Below are positions 63,051-64,000 of a DNA stretch of 64,000 nt, piece by piece. This stretch comes from Phoronis australis. Lineage: Eukaryota; Animalia; Phoronida. Position 1 is the stretch's first letter; each line of letters opens with the position of its first letter. The notes under the pieces are model-generated. The model saw nothing but the letters and a program-made list of their open reading frames with translations. It searched no databases and was not told the DNA's origin. A program made the position numbers and the translations under genes. The DNA lies in the NCBI GenBank assembly GCA_002633005.1, contig NMRA01000461.1, positions 294,864 to 358,863 of the forward strand. Direction: 5' to 3'.

Positions 63051-64000
63051 TTGTTCCAAAACCCCCGACCCCCTGGATTTCACACTTTACGATCCCCTCG
63101 ACCCACTTCCACTTCAACCCTCGACCCCCGACCCACGAGCCCCTCAACCCACGACCCACTACCCATCGAAACAGTCTACACAAGCTCGAATCGATTTCAA
63201 CTTAATACAGGCGCTGAATTGGAGGACCGATGAATTGGGACGTAAGCTCGGCTGGCTTTTACTTGTTTTTTGTGCTTTCAGTGTCAGTTCGGAAAATTTG
63301 AAACAAAAAAAAATAGCGCGGCCAAATCAAATCAAAAACCTACAAACTTTAAAAATGTCGTTCCCGGCTCTTGAGTGAATGGCAGATTCGACCTTTTTGC
63401 GGAAAGTGCGAGGAACCTACAGAACTGTAATTTCATGTGTAAATTCAGTTTGAAAAAAAATAACTAAAAAGATCCAACTATCTATGGAGTATATTATGAA
63501 CGAGTATATACGTCTCAATGCAAATAATAAAATGTCACATTATGTACATTCTTGTGAACGTACACTCTTGCAAAGTTTAATAGAACTCGGCCGTTGGCAG
63601 TTGGTTGTGGAACTATTTCCGTTACAACGACAGCGAACTCAAAATAGGCAATTTCAGGCCACGTTCAAACGCCTGTTTCTGTTTTTATTCACCAGACTCA
63701 CGTGGATGTATGTCTTATGACAATGTCACTCAGCGACCTAATAAGATTGTGAAATTTGTAAAAAATGCAAAAATACCTGTATTGTCAAATATCGTCGGGC
63801 CAAGAGTTCGTGGGTGGACGGGGTTGTGGGTCGAGGGGGTAGATACAGTGCTGATCGAATCCAACGTCCTATCGAACGCGGCTAGGCCGCGTCCGGATAC
63901 GGGTTCCAAACCGCGGTTGAGGGGTTGTGGGTCGAAGGGGTCGTGGGTCGAGGGGGTCGAGGGCCGTTGGGGACGAGGGGTCGAAGGGGTTTTAGAACTA
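63051..64000. mobile_element. Foldback/MITE with inverted arrays of tcgaccc(c/a) subrepeats
   Basis: Left ttgttccaaaacccccgacccc plus C-rich repeats to about 63170; G-rich mirror repeats from about 63805 ending ggggtcgaaggggttttagaacta at the window edge. Confidence 0.75.

Noticed and set aside
63046-63378. Pro-rich 110-aa ORF
   Set aside because: Translation of foldback subrepeats; no MAM continuation or credible splice context
1-64000. CRISPR arrays, operons, rRNA or intact tRNA genes
   Set aside because: No repeat-spacer periodicity or prokaryotic gene density; the DNA has spliceosomal introns, and tRNA-like pieces are degenerate

Overview
Eukaryotic, probably marine invertebrate, genomic DNA: AT-rich, intron-rich, with frequent TACATGTA and one 200-N scaffold gap at 54662-54861. 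The main feature is a + strand gene starting at 21831 and running off the right edge. I spliced it by hand into 20 in-frame GT-AG exons (one tentative), about 847 codons within the window. It encodes a secreted astacin (M12A) zinc metalloprotease: signal peptide, prodomain, astacin catalytic domain (HEIGHAIGFYHE, SIMHY Met-turn), EGF-like, CUB, Thr/Ser/Pro-rich linker, MAM, MAM (incomplete at the edge). At 469-561 lies the terminal MAM-ending exon and polyA signal of an upstream gene on the same strand, probably a tandem paralog. The rest is decayed mobile DNA: a Bel/Pao LTR-retrotransposon pol remnant, a two-ORF PIF/Harbinger element with non-autonomous relatives, a THAP-bearing element with terminal inverted repeats (TIRs) spanning the gap, Helitron-like tandem repeats, MITEs/foldbacks and tRNA-derived repeats. 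Most listed ORFs are spurious. I see no prokaryote-type system such as CRISPR. All family assignments come from motif recognition, not database searches.
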